A DNA stretch of 64,000 bases from Geosiphon pyriformis uo1 (Eukaryota > Fungi > Glomeromycota). Every line of letters begins with the position of its first letter. The stretch's first letter is position 1. Below the pieces are notes generated by a model that saw only the letters and a program-made list of their open reading frames with translations, was not told where the DNA came from and did no database searches. Below are positions 36,686 through 49,662 of this stretch, piece after piece. The stretch is from assembly GCA_016748015.1 (NCBI GenBank), contig JAAOMT010000514.1, positions 356,924-420,923 of the forward strand, written 5' to 3'. A program made the position numbers and the translations under genes.

Positions 36686-39600
36686 TCAGGTTGTAAAAGC
36701 TGTCTTCTTATTATCTTTTGGCTTCATGGCTACTTGCCAGTAACCACTATCTAAGTCCAAAGTTGAGAACCATTTTTTTTCTCCAAATACATTAAAAAGT
36801 TTTTGGATCTTTAGAGTTGGGTAGCTATCTTTTTTTGTTATTCCATTAAGTTTTTGGTAATCTACACAAAATCAAATTTTTTCATTCTTTTTCTGAATCA
36901 ATACAACTTGTAAAGACCATAAACTCATTGATGGTTGAATTAATTTGTTGTTTAACATCTGGTTAATTTCTTGTTGTATGATTTCATGACTTGCTGATGG
37001 TACTCAATATGCTTGTTGTTTAATTGGCATTGCATCTCCTGTTTTGATTTGGTGTTAAATGATGTCAGTTTTTCCAAATTCATTTTCACTGGCAAAAATA
37101 TTGTTGAAATTATTGAGTAACAATTTAAGTTGTATCTTTTGTAATAGATCTAAGTTTCTTAAATTCATTTATTCCAATTGTTCTGGTTGAAGCAAATAAT
37201 ATTCTTTTTTTCTATATATTGTTTGTAATATGATGTCCACATATCTACATAGTTGTAGAAAATTTGGAATGTTGTTTGGTGGTTGATTTTTAACCTTGGT
37301 GCTTAAGTATCCAATAATAGTTTCTTTTGTTATTTTAATAGAATTTCCAGTTGTGTTGTAGATGAAAACTTTGATGTAGTTGTTGTTCTTGGCTGGTATA
37401 TAAAGATTGGTAAGCCCAATTTTTCTTGATTCACAAATGGTTGGTTCCACTTCAAAAATCTGTGTCTGGTTCTTCACTTTTCTTTCTAATACTAATATAT
37501 ACCAGTCATATGATGAAATGAAAATTGATTGATAGATGAAGATAATTTCTTCCTTGTCAATAACTTCTTTTTTTGTCATATTGACTGATATATCTATTCT
37601 ACTCATAAATTCGAATTCACTTATTCCTCTAGCTGTTATTCTTAATTTTTTTTTATTTCTTATTGAAACTAACTAAGTTATTTTAACCAAAAACAGGAAT
37701 ATTATTTACTATTTTTTTATTTGACTCTATAATATAGGCTTTTTCTGAATCATTTTGTAGTATTGCAATGATATTTTTTACATATTCTGCATCAATTATT
37801 CCTTTTCTTATATTGATCTCTTTTTTTGCTAAATTACTCCTAAATGTAAATTGAACCATTATTGTTGCTGGAATTTTCAGTGCTACTTTTAGATTAATAC
37901 AGATGTGTAAATGTGAATTTAATTTGATGACATTCTTTTCAGAATATCTCAAATTAAACTCTATATCAGTATTATGTACATGCTCTAACATGATACTTTT
38001 ATTATTATTGCTGAACCATTTGAGTTCTTGCTTTTTAATAAAATCAGAAAATACAATATATTGTTCAGAGTCTGAATTAGAATTTGAATTGTCATTATTG
38101 TCATTTTGAATGGAGCTGGAACTATTATTATTGTCATCATTGTCAGAGTTTGAATTGGAGTTAAATGGTAATTCTGATTCTAATATGTAGCTGTTAATTG
38201 GTTTTTTTTCCTCTGGGATTGTATAAATCATGCATAGCAGTAGATTGTAAATGAGATCACACTTATTACAATATTAGAAGTCATAAAAAATTAAGCAGTG
38301 TTGACAAAGTCAAGTATTTAACTGTTCTAAATACTACTCTTGTTTTTTTCAAGTGGGTGCTAGGTTCTGGTAATGTTTATGAAATTGTTCTGAATTATTT
38401 TCAACATCATTAAAAACATCAAAAGTAAGAATATATTTGGATTTGGAAAAAGAAAGTAGATTGTTTTTAATTTCCAGTAGTTTGCTGGATGAAATACTTT
38501 TAACTTTGGCATTTACTATTCTTCAGATCTTGTGCTCATTGTGTAAATAACTTTTTAAACATCTGAGTGCTTGTTTCTAGGCATCATTAATTGAGGTTTC
38601 TTTTTTCACTTAGTTGTTTATAAGAATTGTGTATTAACACATTTCATTGCATGTTTTTCCTTGTCCAGGAATGTTATTCCACATTTCTTTGTCTAGTAGA
38701 GTGGTTTTACATGCAAAACAAGGTTTGTTGTTTTATTTTCCTTGTCTTTTTGGTCATCTAAAGTGTTCAAAAACATATGGGCAGCAATAAAACTTTATTG
38801 CAGTTGGCTATTCTTCATTATTGCCACAGTATGTGCCCATTGTGGACAATTTCTTGCCACAATTAACACATATTAGCTTGAATTAACAATAATTTGTTTA
38901 ATGGGTGATGGTGTGTAATATATAAGTAGAGGTAGTAGTTGGTGTTGATTTTTTCTCTCTTTTCTTTCTTTTTCTTTTTTTCTTCCAAGTTAAAATTGGT
39001 GATAACTTATTGTAGTTTTCTTTGGCCCATAAGACTTAAAATGCTTTTCAAGTAGTTTTTTTTTTTTTTTTTCTAACTTAATTAATAGTTGTTTGTTAAT
39101 GGTGGTCTTAAAATGATCACAAATGGTTGGTATTTGGGTATTTTGGCCATTTTGGCTCAGTTGTAATCCCTAAGTGTTCCAATATAATACTGTATTGGTT
39201 TTGAACAACCAGTTATTACCAATGAGAGCTTGGTACTAAGTGGCTTTTATCACAAGAACTTTGATAGGTATAGTAAGACTATTGACTTTAAAAGAAAAGT
39301 CATTTATTTTGCCAATAAGAGTTTTTGTGGCTCCATTAGTAGTAATGATTCAGGCACTGGCAGTACAATCAACTCAACAACCTAATTGGTCTATAAGTTG
39401 TCATGTAATAATGCTATTTGCTAAACTGCTATCAAGAATTAGTTTGATAGGATGGCTGTCAATTTTGACATCCATATATATTGCTGTAATAAGCTTTGTA
39501 TTCAAAGTAACTTCACTAAATAATGATATAATGATCAATTCTTCTATTTTAAAGAAAAAAATTGCTGCAAAAAATTTGTTTTTAGTGACAGTTGCTGGTA

Positions 39601-41780
39601 GAATATTGTTGGTAAGTGGTTGCTATTAATTGGATTCTGAGTTGTTGGTTTGGATGTCTTCTGGAGTAACCAAAAGACTTAAGTTCTGAAAATTTGGGTT
39701 CTAAATATACTCAGTTCCCAAATTTCATAAATGTGATTCTAATGTTTGGTTAAAAGAGCTGAGAATTGGTTGATGTATAACCATTACCAATCTTCAGTTT
39801 TGTTAAGTGGTTCTTGGCCTTTGATTTCTAGATGACATTTGAGTTGGAATTTGTAGCAGAGTTTGGATTTGTTGGAATTAATATATTATTTGCAGCTGCA
39901 GTTAATAAATAACTAGTGCTGGAATTTGATAAATTGGAAATTGATAAGTTGGCTGTTGTGTTATTTGTATATAGTAGAGTGAATAATAATCTTAATTTAG
40001 ATACTGGTTCAGAGCTTAAAACCAGCAATCAGAGTTTTAATATTGATTTTCTGATTGTTAGTTATTTAAGCATATATAATATTTGATTTGTAAGTGGCCT
40101 TGTTTACCACAATAGTGGCAGCTATATGTTTTCATTTGCTATTGTTAATTGAGTATTAATAATGAATCTAATGAATTTCAGATCTAATTTGAGTGTCTCT
40201 AACTATTACAATGTTGTGACAGTTGATAGATTGCATAATTGTTGTTAGCTAAGTATTCCTTAATTTTCTGATTAATTAACTCACTGAATTGTTTTAGCTT
40301 AGAGTTTAATTCAGATGGTTCATTTATTATTAGGTTTATGGCTTGGATGTAGTTGGCTTCTAATTCAGCTAATTCTAAATCTTGGTTAATAGCATTCTAA
40401 AATATAGCTAGACATAATGAATATACATGTTGTAATAAGCTGCTGCATAGCCCATGAATGAACTGATTCAAAACCTAAAGTTTAGTAAAATAGTTTGTGT
40501 TAATGGCCTGAATTTGATGTAGATTTCTGTAAAAGCATCTCAAGTAAGTAATGACAGCTTCAGTGTCTCTCTGTTTGATAGTAGTGAAATTGGTTGTTAA
40601 GTAATTAATGCTGTTATAATCATTAAAATATTACAGAAATGCAACTTTAAACATGTTGAAATCTTGTAGTTTGTTTACAAGATTTTAGTACCAGGAATCA
40701 GTAATGTCCTGTAAAAAGTATGAGATAGCTTGTATTGCTTTGGTGTTATTCCAGTTGTTGGTGGTTATTGCTTTGGCTATATTATTGAGCTAAACTTGGA
40801 CATTATCTTTCTTGTCAGTGAATTTTTTTAACTTAGCAATTGGTACATATGTTATTAGTGCAATTAATAGTTGTTATTGGGGTTGCTGTTAAAGTAGTTA
40901 TTGTTGTTGTGACAGCTGTTATTGTGATAGTACAGCAACTGGTAATAGATTTATCATGATTTTTAAAGATAAGTTTTGCTAATTAATAATATTAAGGTTT
41001 GGATCATTTTGATTTTGCTAAGTTTGATTAATCAGGGTTTCAATTTTTGGATTTTCTAAGATCAGATTTTGGTAGTTAAATTCTTAATTTTCATCTTTCT
41101 TTTTTTCTGATTCAGTTACTTTCCAAGAACTTATGGTTCTGAAATTTGGTGAAGATAGCAGTAATTGAAATCCTAATGATGTTGATAATCACGATTTAAA
41201 TTCTTCAAAATAATCACCATAGATTTCTAATAACTTTGCTTTCTTTTGTTTACTTTGAAATAGAAGTTAGACTAATAATGTTTTTATATTTGATGTAAAT
41301 GTGTCTGCTAATGAAATATTGATGGTGCTTTTGGATGTGTAGTGATATGATAAGTTAGTTAGTGACTCTATTCTTGTTTTCTTTCAAATGGGTGGTTGTA
41401 TTCTCTGAAGTATTGCTGCTGGTGTTTGTAGTTTTTTTTTGTTTTTGTTTGCATAAGTGATTAGATATTTTTGTTGCATGTAATTTTTAATTTCTTTGTT
41501 AATCTTAGTGATAATTGATGCAAAATTATAATTTACTGGTAGGCTGGTGTTTTGAATTAATTTGTTATAAAAATTTTTTCTTGCTAATTTGGTATCTACT
41601 GGTGCTTTTAGAAAATAAAAAATTCTCTTATTGATGTAAAAGTTAAAGACTAATTCTGCTGATAGATGATTGCTGGTTAATCTCAAGTTTTGACAGTAAT
41701 GTTGGAATAAGGATTTAGCAAATCCTAAATGGTTTGTTCCTATTCTTTTTGATTTTGCCACTTTTGAATAATTGTTGTTG
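36686..41780 (-). pseudogene. B2 gag-pol, 5' part (gag, PR, Cys-rich module, dUTPase ~37600-38020, RT start)
   Basis: Collinear with B1; RSNLAKK..GIIDAEYVKNI; HLGFAKSLFQHYC N-terminus. Confidence 0.9.
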
Positions 41781-41823
41781 GTGCTAGTTCTCTGTAAGAT
41801 TATATCTCACAGGAAGTACCAAA

Positions 41824-42753
41824 TGTTACAAGTAATTATTTAGGGTTTTAAAGCAAATAACAAACTCATAACTTGATACTCACTAGCTAATTCTGTTGAA
41901 TTATATTTGAAAGTTTTGATGTTTAAAGGTTTTGGATTGAGTTCTTTGTATAATAGACAAAGATTCAAGTTTTTTTTTCTTGTAGCTTCTCAGAATATGT
42001 TATTCCATTAAATTTTTTTCTCAGTATGGTGACCAGTAATTTGGCAGAAATACTCTTCTGATAAGCTATCCTTATTTTACATGATTTCTATCCTTGTTTT
42101 CTGGGTTTTTTACTAGGCTAATCTTGATGTTGATAATTCTGTGTTTTAATCCTTAATCAATTAGTAAACAACAATTAAACAAACCAAAGCAATAAAATAA
42201 AGAAAATAAAGAGATTAAGCCAAGGTAAGAATAATTAGTATTTTGTTAATAGTTATGATTAAGAGCTATTGTTTCAGTATAGTTAAAGATTGGGTTTTAT
42301 CAACATGAAATGTTAATAAAAAAGAGTTGTGATTAGATCTTCAAACAAACAGTAATAATATAGATTAGATGATAACAAGTGTATTTTTATTTAGTAATTA
42401 ATGATTTCATTTCTGTTGATAGTAATTATTCTTAAAATGATTAATAAATAGATAAAAATGAAGATTTTTATTCTTAAATAGATGCTTTTTTTGCTTTTAA
42501 TACTCCTACTATATATATAATTCTCTTTACATAAAAAATTCTTTTTCTTTGCTAGATTTTTTGTAAAATCTTTAAAAATTCTCAATTTTTCTGAAATATC
42601 TTGGATTTCTTGAATAATTTAGATTTTTTGAAACATCCAGAATTTTTTAAAAAATCCTTTTTTCTCTTTTTTTATTCTAATTGGCTAATTTATAATTATG
42701 TGTTTTTCTTTTTTTCAATTATGTATCATTTTTTCTCTTTTCTAAGTATAACA
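41824..42753 (-). repeat. 5' LTR of B2
   Basis: Collinear with 22471-23422; adjacent PBS. Confidence 0.93.
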
Positions 42754-44525
42754 GCACCAATAAGTTTGATAATTGATTTAACCAAAGTTAACAATTTAAC
42801 CAAATCAGACTTTAGAAACACTAGCCAAAAGAAAATTAAAGAATTATCAACAATCATAAAAAAAAAACAGAAGTCACCAAAGGAGAAAACTCAGAAGGAT
42901 TAGGATAAGCAAAGATCTTAGCATAAAAAACATTATTCACAAAACACAATTTGAATATCTTGAAAGCCATAAAAAGAGAAAATAAGAAAACTGTACAGCT
43001 CACAGTCAAATGTCATATTTCTTAATATCTAAAGCAATATCAATAACCAAAAGTTTTTTACCAAATTCAACACTTTTTTAGTGTACCAATTTTAATAATT
43101 GCAGAATTTAAATTAACTTGAGAACTAAATATAACCTAGAGCAAACCAAAAATAACAACCAGAATTAGATGAATAAGAAATGAAACAAGTCTGATCACCA
43201 ACTTGAAAAATCATATCACTAATCTTAAAAGCATTACAGCTAAAAAAAAAGTTGACCAACTTGATTCTAAACCTATTATAAAACAGAATGGTCTTATTTT
43301 GATTTACAAGGGAAAGAATCTGAATATTATCTTTGTTTATTAATACTGACTAGTGATTAAAAGCAAATGTAATAGCATCTAATTTATTAAAATAAACAAC
43401 TACATATTGTTAAACACCAACAAACTTCAATACAACACAAAAAATTTCACCAAAAACACTGAAAGCTAACTTAATATTGGCAGCAAATATATTCAAAAGC
43501 ATATTATACAGCACAACAGTAGCAGAAAAAAGACCAAACTTAGAAATTATCAAAGACTTAACAATTTTAAAAGTGGCAAAACAAATAAAGCTTGTAAGCT
43601 CAACCAGAAATACAGCATTCAGAGAACTTTGAGAAGCAAACTCTATACAAAAAAGCTTTATATTGTCTTTTAACATTGATTTTGCATTCAAAAAACCATG
43701 TACAGACTGAAAAACAGTCCTAACATAAGCCAATTTGATCTAAAAAATATCACTAAATACTAGAATAGAGGTTACTTATTTAGTAAATCTTTGACAACTA
43801 GTAATGATTTCCCAAATACCATTAATGGCAGCATCAAAAACCAGAAAAGATAATTTAATTTTCATTTAATTAGTCCAGTTTTCAAGAACAGATAATTCAA
43901 TAGAAGATAATTGCTTTGCTTTTAGAACTGGTAAAAATTTGCTAGAAAGCATCATATTTGGCAATACAACCAAAGAATAATCTTGGTTTATTTTGAATAA
44001 TATGCTAAATGAAACAGTAAAAATCTTATCTAAGATCTCAGTCAGAACCACAAAAAAATTTGGTATAATAATAGCAAAAGCAAATAACTGTCTTCACTTT
44101 TTTGAATCTTTGGTTTTTTTGATCATTTTGTTTAAAAAAGTGGTGCCAACAGCATCAAATATAGAAGCTTTAATAGAGAAAATCAGCTTGTTAATTAGTC
44201 TGTTATTAAAAATCTTTGGGCTCTTAGAAAAGATAGAAACAATATTAAAATTAACCAAAATGTGTCTCTTTAAAAAAACTTTAACTGGTAAAAAACCAGT
44301 CAAAGATAAAAAAAATGCTTTAGTAGTCATTAAAAACAGCTTATTACTATTAATAATTAAGAAAAATATAGTCAAAATATTATGTTTAGCTATTTCAATA
44401 ATAGAAAGACTCTTTTGTGTTGAAATCTTATTAGTTACTATACGAAAAGCAATAAATACAGTCTTTTTATTCTTTATTTTGGTCATAATTATAAAATTAA
44501 GAAGACAAAGAGTTTTTTTTAATCA
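42754..44525 (-). mobile_element. ORF1-only retroposon copy 2, 5' part; heavily decayed
   Basis: ORFs 44094-44486, 43866-44051 and 43410-43733 are homologous to copy 1 (SKSPKIFNNR.INKL; KLFCIEFASQ.SL); similar 5' end. Confidence 0.85.
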
Positions 44526-46241
44526 TTATAGTATTATCAAATTCAATAAATACAGTATATATAGTTTTTAGAAATATTTTTACAAGAATTTTTTTTAAAA
44601 TTACAATTTGATTTATATAATTGTTTATTGGTTTTATAAGTTTAATATTTAATATAATATTATTGCTATTGGCCAAATTTGATATTTCCAATATAGTTTT
44701 TTCTAACATAAAAATTGTATAAATAATTTATTAAATTTTGAAAAAATAAAATTTTTTTTAAAACTATTCACATATAAAAACAATTTTTAGTTTTATAATT
44801 ATTATTAACTAAAAAAACACTATTATTTTTATTACTAAACTTGTTTTTTATATTAAAAAACATATTAAAAATCTGTTTAAAAATATTATTAAAATTTTTA
44901 TATTGTTAATTAAAACTTTTTTTTTGAAAAAAAATATTATCAATTAGATTATAAAATATTTTTTTGGCTATTTTTTTCTTAATCATATTATTATTAAAAA
45001 CAGTTATTAGTTTTATTATAAAAAGGTTTTTTTTAAAAAAAATTGTGAATAGAAAAACAAAAAAAATAGAAAAATAAAAACTATAAATTTTAACTGTAAC
45101 AATATATTTACAAATATAAATCTTGTTTTATAAACTTTAATTAAAAAACTGTTATTATGTATTTTTTTAAACTATTAATAATATTAAATTCAGTATTTTA
45201 CTTAAATAAAATAAAAATTAATAATATTTTATTAATAATTATAATTAATAAATAAATACCAGTTGTATTTAATTTAAGATAAAAAAAATTTAAGATGTTT
45301 AAAGTTAAATATTTTCAATTTATTTAATAATTAATAATAAGATATTTATTTATTTAATATGTTAAAAAAAATTCAATTACAAATTCATTTAAAATTGTTT
45401 TTTATTAATTAAACCTACTTGTATATATATATTTGTAGTAATATAAGATGTTGTTTTAAAAACACTATTTTAAAGTAATTTGATAACTATAACAGCTATT
45501 TTATATTATTTTATATTGTTGTCAGTTATTATGTATTATAATATATTATTGCTTCGTTATTGATCTTTTTTATTTAAGATAAAAAACATTGAACTTTTTT
45601 GTTTGAAGAATACTAAAAAAATTAAAAAAGGAGGTAAGTATGCTTAAATGGCTTTAAATTTTTTGTTTAATTTTAATTTTTTTTTAAGTTTTTATTTTTA
45701 CTTGGTATTTAAGTTTTTTGCAAAAAAGTTTAACATAAAATAAATAAGTATACTTAAAACAAATTCTTACAATACTTTGGATTTGATTTATTTAATAAAC
45801 AGTCTTAACACAATTAATTAGTCTAATATCTTTTCAAGGATTAAATATTCAAGATTTTAATTTGAGAAATTAGTATTAAAAACGTTATTTCATCAGAACG
45901 ATTCCAGATAATAATTGGAGAAATGAACCCACACAAAAAAATTGTTTTGGATAGAAAAATAATGGGAATAGATGATTTTATGATTAAAAATTTTTAATAA
46001 TTATCACAAAGACAGAAATTAAAAAAAAGACAAGTAATATCAGGCGTTACACATTAATTTAAATTTCTGAGCCCTTCTTTCGTTAACGCAAAAGATCTAT
46101 AATGTGTAAATCAATTAATTCCCAGTTTTCATCGATTGATCTGATCTGATCTGATAATCAATTTTTTGAATCACTGTAAAATTTTCTCATTATGAAGATA
46201 GGTGTTATCCCAATTCTACGAGCATCTCTGCTTTTTAAATA

Positions 46242-47008
46242 ATGGATGTTAGGACGAAAGGTATTTAACTTATAAGAATTTAATATTATTATTATCAAGA
46301 AATGCAGAAAGTTGTTTCATCCTTTCCCAGAATCAGAGGTGGTTTAATGGGAAAACTTTAAAAATCAAAATGTATATGATCAAGTGAAATATGAGGAATT
46401 TGATTTTTCAATTTCGGATGAAAGAAATCGATTGGATAATCTATTAAAATTCATTATTGTCCTGCCGATAGAAAATATTAAGGTTTTTAAGACTATTGAA
46501 TCGTTACGTGAATGGGGACAAAAACAGGCTCATGATGGGTTGAGTGTAGGATTTGTACCCACTATGGGAGCATTGCATGAGGGCCATTTAAGTTTAGGTA
46601 AAGGGTTTGTTTAAAGTTGATGGAATTGAGATATCTGTTTAATCTTACTGTTATTTCTTTTCTAAATTTTCAAAAACGGATTTCAATTATTTGAATATCA
46701 AATCAACTCTTGATAAACGTTCCTGGATAGTCAGGCAAGCCCATAAGAAGTGCGACGTTGTAATCGTTTCGATATATGTGAACCCGGCACAATTCGCACC
46801 ACACGAAGATCTAGCTAAATATCCATGTAACCTAGATCGAGATCTTGACATATTATCAGATACAGATAGTTGTGATGTGGTATTTTTACCTCGGTCTAGT
46901 GATATTTATCCGGCCGGAATCCCGTTGGAGGTTAATAAACAACAAGGGACTTTTGTAGAGGTTAAAGGGATATCACATCAGGTAGTTATGATTGATGTTT
47001 CATCCAAA

Positions 47009-47083
<75 letters not shown>

Positions 47084-47745
47084 CAAAATTCAAACCTTTC
47101 CTCGTTTAATCTTTCTAATTCACTGAATGAACAATTCTTAACTTCAAACTTAAAATAACTGATCAATCCCTCCCTTACCAAAAACCAAAACGAAAGATGG
47201 AAGGCCAAACACGCCCAATCTTTTTTCGAGGCGTTGCAACTATCTGCGCAAAACTATTCAACATAATACAACCAGATCACGTCTTTTTCGGACAAAAAGA
47301 TGCTCAGCAATGTATCGTTATTCGTAACATGATTCGGGATTTACATTTTCCGATAGAAATGCATGTTGGCGAGACCATTCGTGAAAAAGATGGGCTGGCA
47401 ATGAGTAGTCGAAATCAGTATCTTACCTCCGCGACACGATCATATGCAACTGTACTGTATCGTGCTTTGATCGCTGCCAAAGCTGAATTCGAGGAATTCG
47501 GAGCCAAGACTCGGAATAAAATTCTTGGACCGGCTTTCGAATTGATACAGCAGGCTATTGAAGAGGTAGCCCGGGATGAGAAACTTGGATTTGAGATCAA
47601 ATTGGACTATCTTTCGTTGGTTAATCCAAATAGTTTGGAAGAAGTAGAGATCGTAGAAGTGGGACGAGGTTTTATTTTGTCGGGTGCGGTTTGGGTTGGT
47701 AAAACACGATTAATTGATAATTTATTAATTAATTATTCCCTTTAA
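46242..47745 (+). CDS. PAN6: Pantoate--beta-alanine ligase (pantothenate synthetase), 4 exons: 46242-46260, 46472-46597, 46731-46981, 47197-47745 (~314 aa)
   Basis: GFVPTMGALHEGHLSL, VSIYVNPAQF, RP.FFRGVAT, FGQKDAQQ, REKDGLAMSSRN, TRLIDN; GT-AG introns with consistent phases; exon 1 less certain. Confidence 0.95.
47009..47080 (+). repeat. (ATT)24 microsatellite in PAN6 intron 3
   Basis: Perfect trinucleotide run. Confidence 0.97.
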
Positions 47746-49432
47746 TTCTTTGGAGTCACTGAACTTATCATTAAACCAATATTTAAATAATATAAATCGT
47801 GATAAATTTCAAAGAATTTATTGAATAAATAAGATGGTGAATAATAATAATAACATATACACATAATAAATAATATATATATATATATATAATATTTTAT
47901 TTGTAAATAATTTTATTTATTAAAAATTTTATTAAGTAATAATAATAATAATAACAATATATAAATATAATTTTATTACAAAAATATAAGTTATTATTTT
48001 GTTTTACTATTGTTAACAAATATATTTTTTGAAATTTGTTAAATATTATTATTATAATATATTTTTTATTTATAAATATAAAAAATTAATTATTATAAAA
48101 TTAATTTATCTATCAAGAAAAGTTTTGTTTATTACAAATTTATAATATATTTTTTAACTTAAAATTTATTTTAATTTTGAAAACATTCTTTTCACAATTA
48201 ATTTTAAGATATATAATTTATTATTTTAATTTTAATTTTAAAAAAAAATAATAATGACTGATAGCTACTGTTTGAGTGATGTCCCCGATTCTCATCATCG
48301 ACCAAAGTTTTTATTGTTACACGAAAATTAGAATTTTACATAATCAACGCATTATAATGCATGTAAATGATAAAAGAATAAGAATGTCCATTGTTTGAAA
48401 TATGCAAAAAACATTTTCCTAAATTATCCGGTGTTCAAAAGACAAACTTTTTAAGTTTTGAAAAGCATAAAAAGAGTTTGGAAAAAAAGAGCCTAAACAT
48501 AAAAACTTCATTAGGTCTTAACAGAAATTAGTTGCAGAAAACAGCTGATTCTTCGTTCATCGATATAACAAATGAGGATACAGGATCTTTGGGGTTAAAC
48601 ACTTTTTTCCCATTGTACCTAAAAACCCCAGGCAGGCAAGAGGAATTGATTTGAAATGAAATGAGATCAATTTCAAGTAAAATGAAACGAAATGAAGTGT
48701 ATCATGTTTTTACAAAGAATTAAAAAATAAACAGAAAAGAAAGGCTTCAAAGATAGGAAATTTCAAAATATTATCGAATTACCCTACCGTTTTATTAACT
48801 TCAATATTGATTTCCCGAGTCTCTTTGGACTGCCCTGGCAAAAAAAAAAAAAAAAGAATCAACGATCGTCATTTATAATCACAATAGTAAATCTATTTCC
48901 AGACAATTATCTCTCATTATTGGCAAGCTTTAATTAGCGTAATCTTTTAATGATTTCAGGGTAAACAGGAAGCGAGACTAAAAAAGGGACAAATAACAAG
49001 ATCTCCGGTTTTAAAACGCTACCTGCTATTAGCTTTCTAAAACTCATTTGGCATGTATCACAAAGTTTCCTTGTATGTTTTTGGGGAGCCGTTTTGGTAT
49101 TTGGTCTGACCTTCGCCTCACCCTCCGACAACGCACGTTGTCCTCTGTTATTTTCTCTCGCTAGAAGACTCATTATTAAGTTGGTCCTCCGTGTGTGTGT
49201 GTGCGGTGGAGGGTTATTTTTTGCCCTGCTTCATACTTTTCCCTAATCTCTAATCTAATCTTTCTAACTTATTAATAATAATCTCGTCGTTCTCAGTATA
49301 TTACTCTCTTAATTTTACCCACAAAACTCAACTTGCTCAATTTTACTAATAATCAGTAGAGTTGTTGGTGTTTTTTTTTCTAATTCTCGTCCAAAAACGT
49401 TGCTCTTACCCGTTACATTAGCTCTCTGTTAC

Positions 49433-49485
49433 ATTATCATTATCATTATTATCATTATAATTATTATTATTATTATTGTTGTTGT
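49433..49485 (+). repeat. Imperfect (ATT/ATC/GTT)n microsatellite upstream of the PUF gene
   Basis: Direct reading. Confidence 0.8.
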
Positions 49486-49662
49486 TTTTATATCACCTCA
49501 AAAAAGTTCTTCTCTTTGGTTCGTTTTCCAGGAAAAAGTTTCATTTAGTTGGTTTGACTACTCTTTTTGGCCAATCGCCACTTGAATCAGGTTTTGCTGG
49601 GCAAACTTGATATAACTTTAACTTAAGACAGACCAAACCTTTTAAAAAAGACTTTTGGAAAA

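Larger units (their letters stand above)
22471..42753 (-). mobile_element. Ty3/gypsy family B, copy B2 (dUTPase-bearing), interrupted in RT by B1
   Basis: LTRs 41824-42753 and 22471-23422, PBS 41805-41821, PPT-like tract next to 23423, TSD ACAC/GCAC. Confidence 0.93.

Noticed and set aside
46978-47208. Poly-isoleucine ORFs (also 49400-49585)
   Set aside because: Read-through of (ATT)n microsatellites in an intron and an upstream region.
46242-47745. Bacterial panC horizontal transfer or endosymbiont contamination
   Set aside because: Spliceosomal introns are present and fungi natively encode PAN6.
48934-49173. 79-aa minus-strand ORF upstream of the PUF gene
   Set aside because: No recognisable motif; lies in probable promoter/5'UTR sequence.
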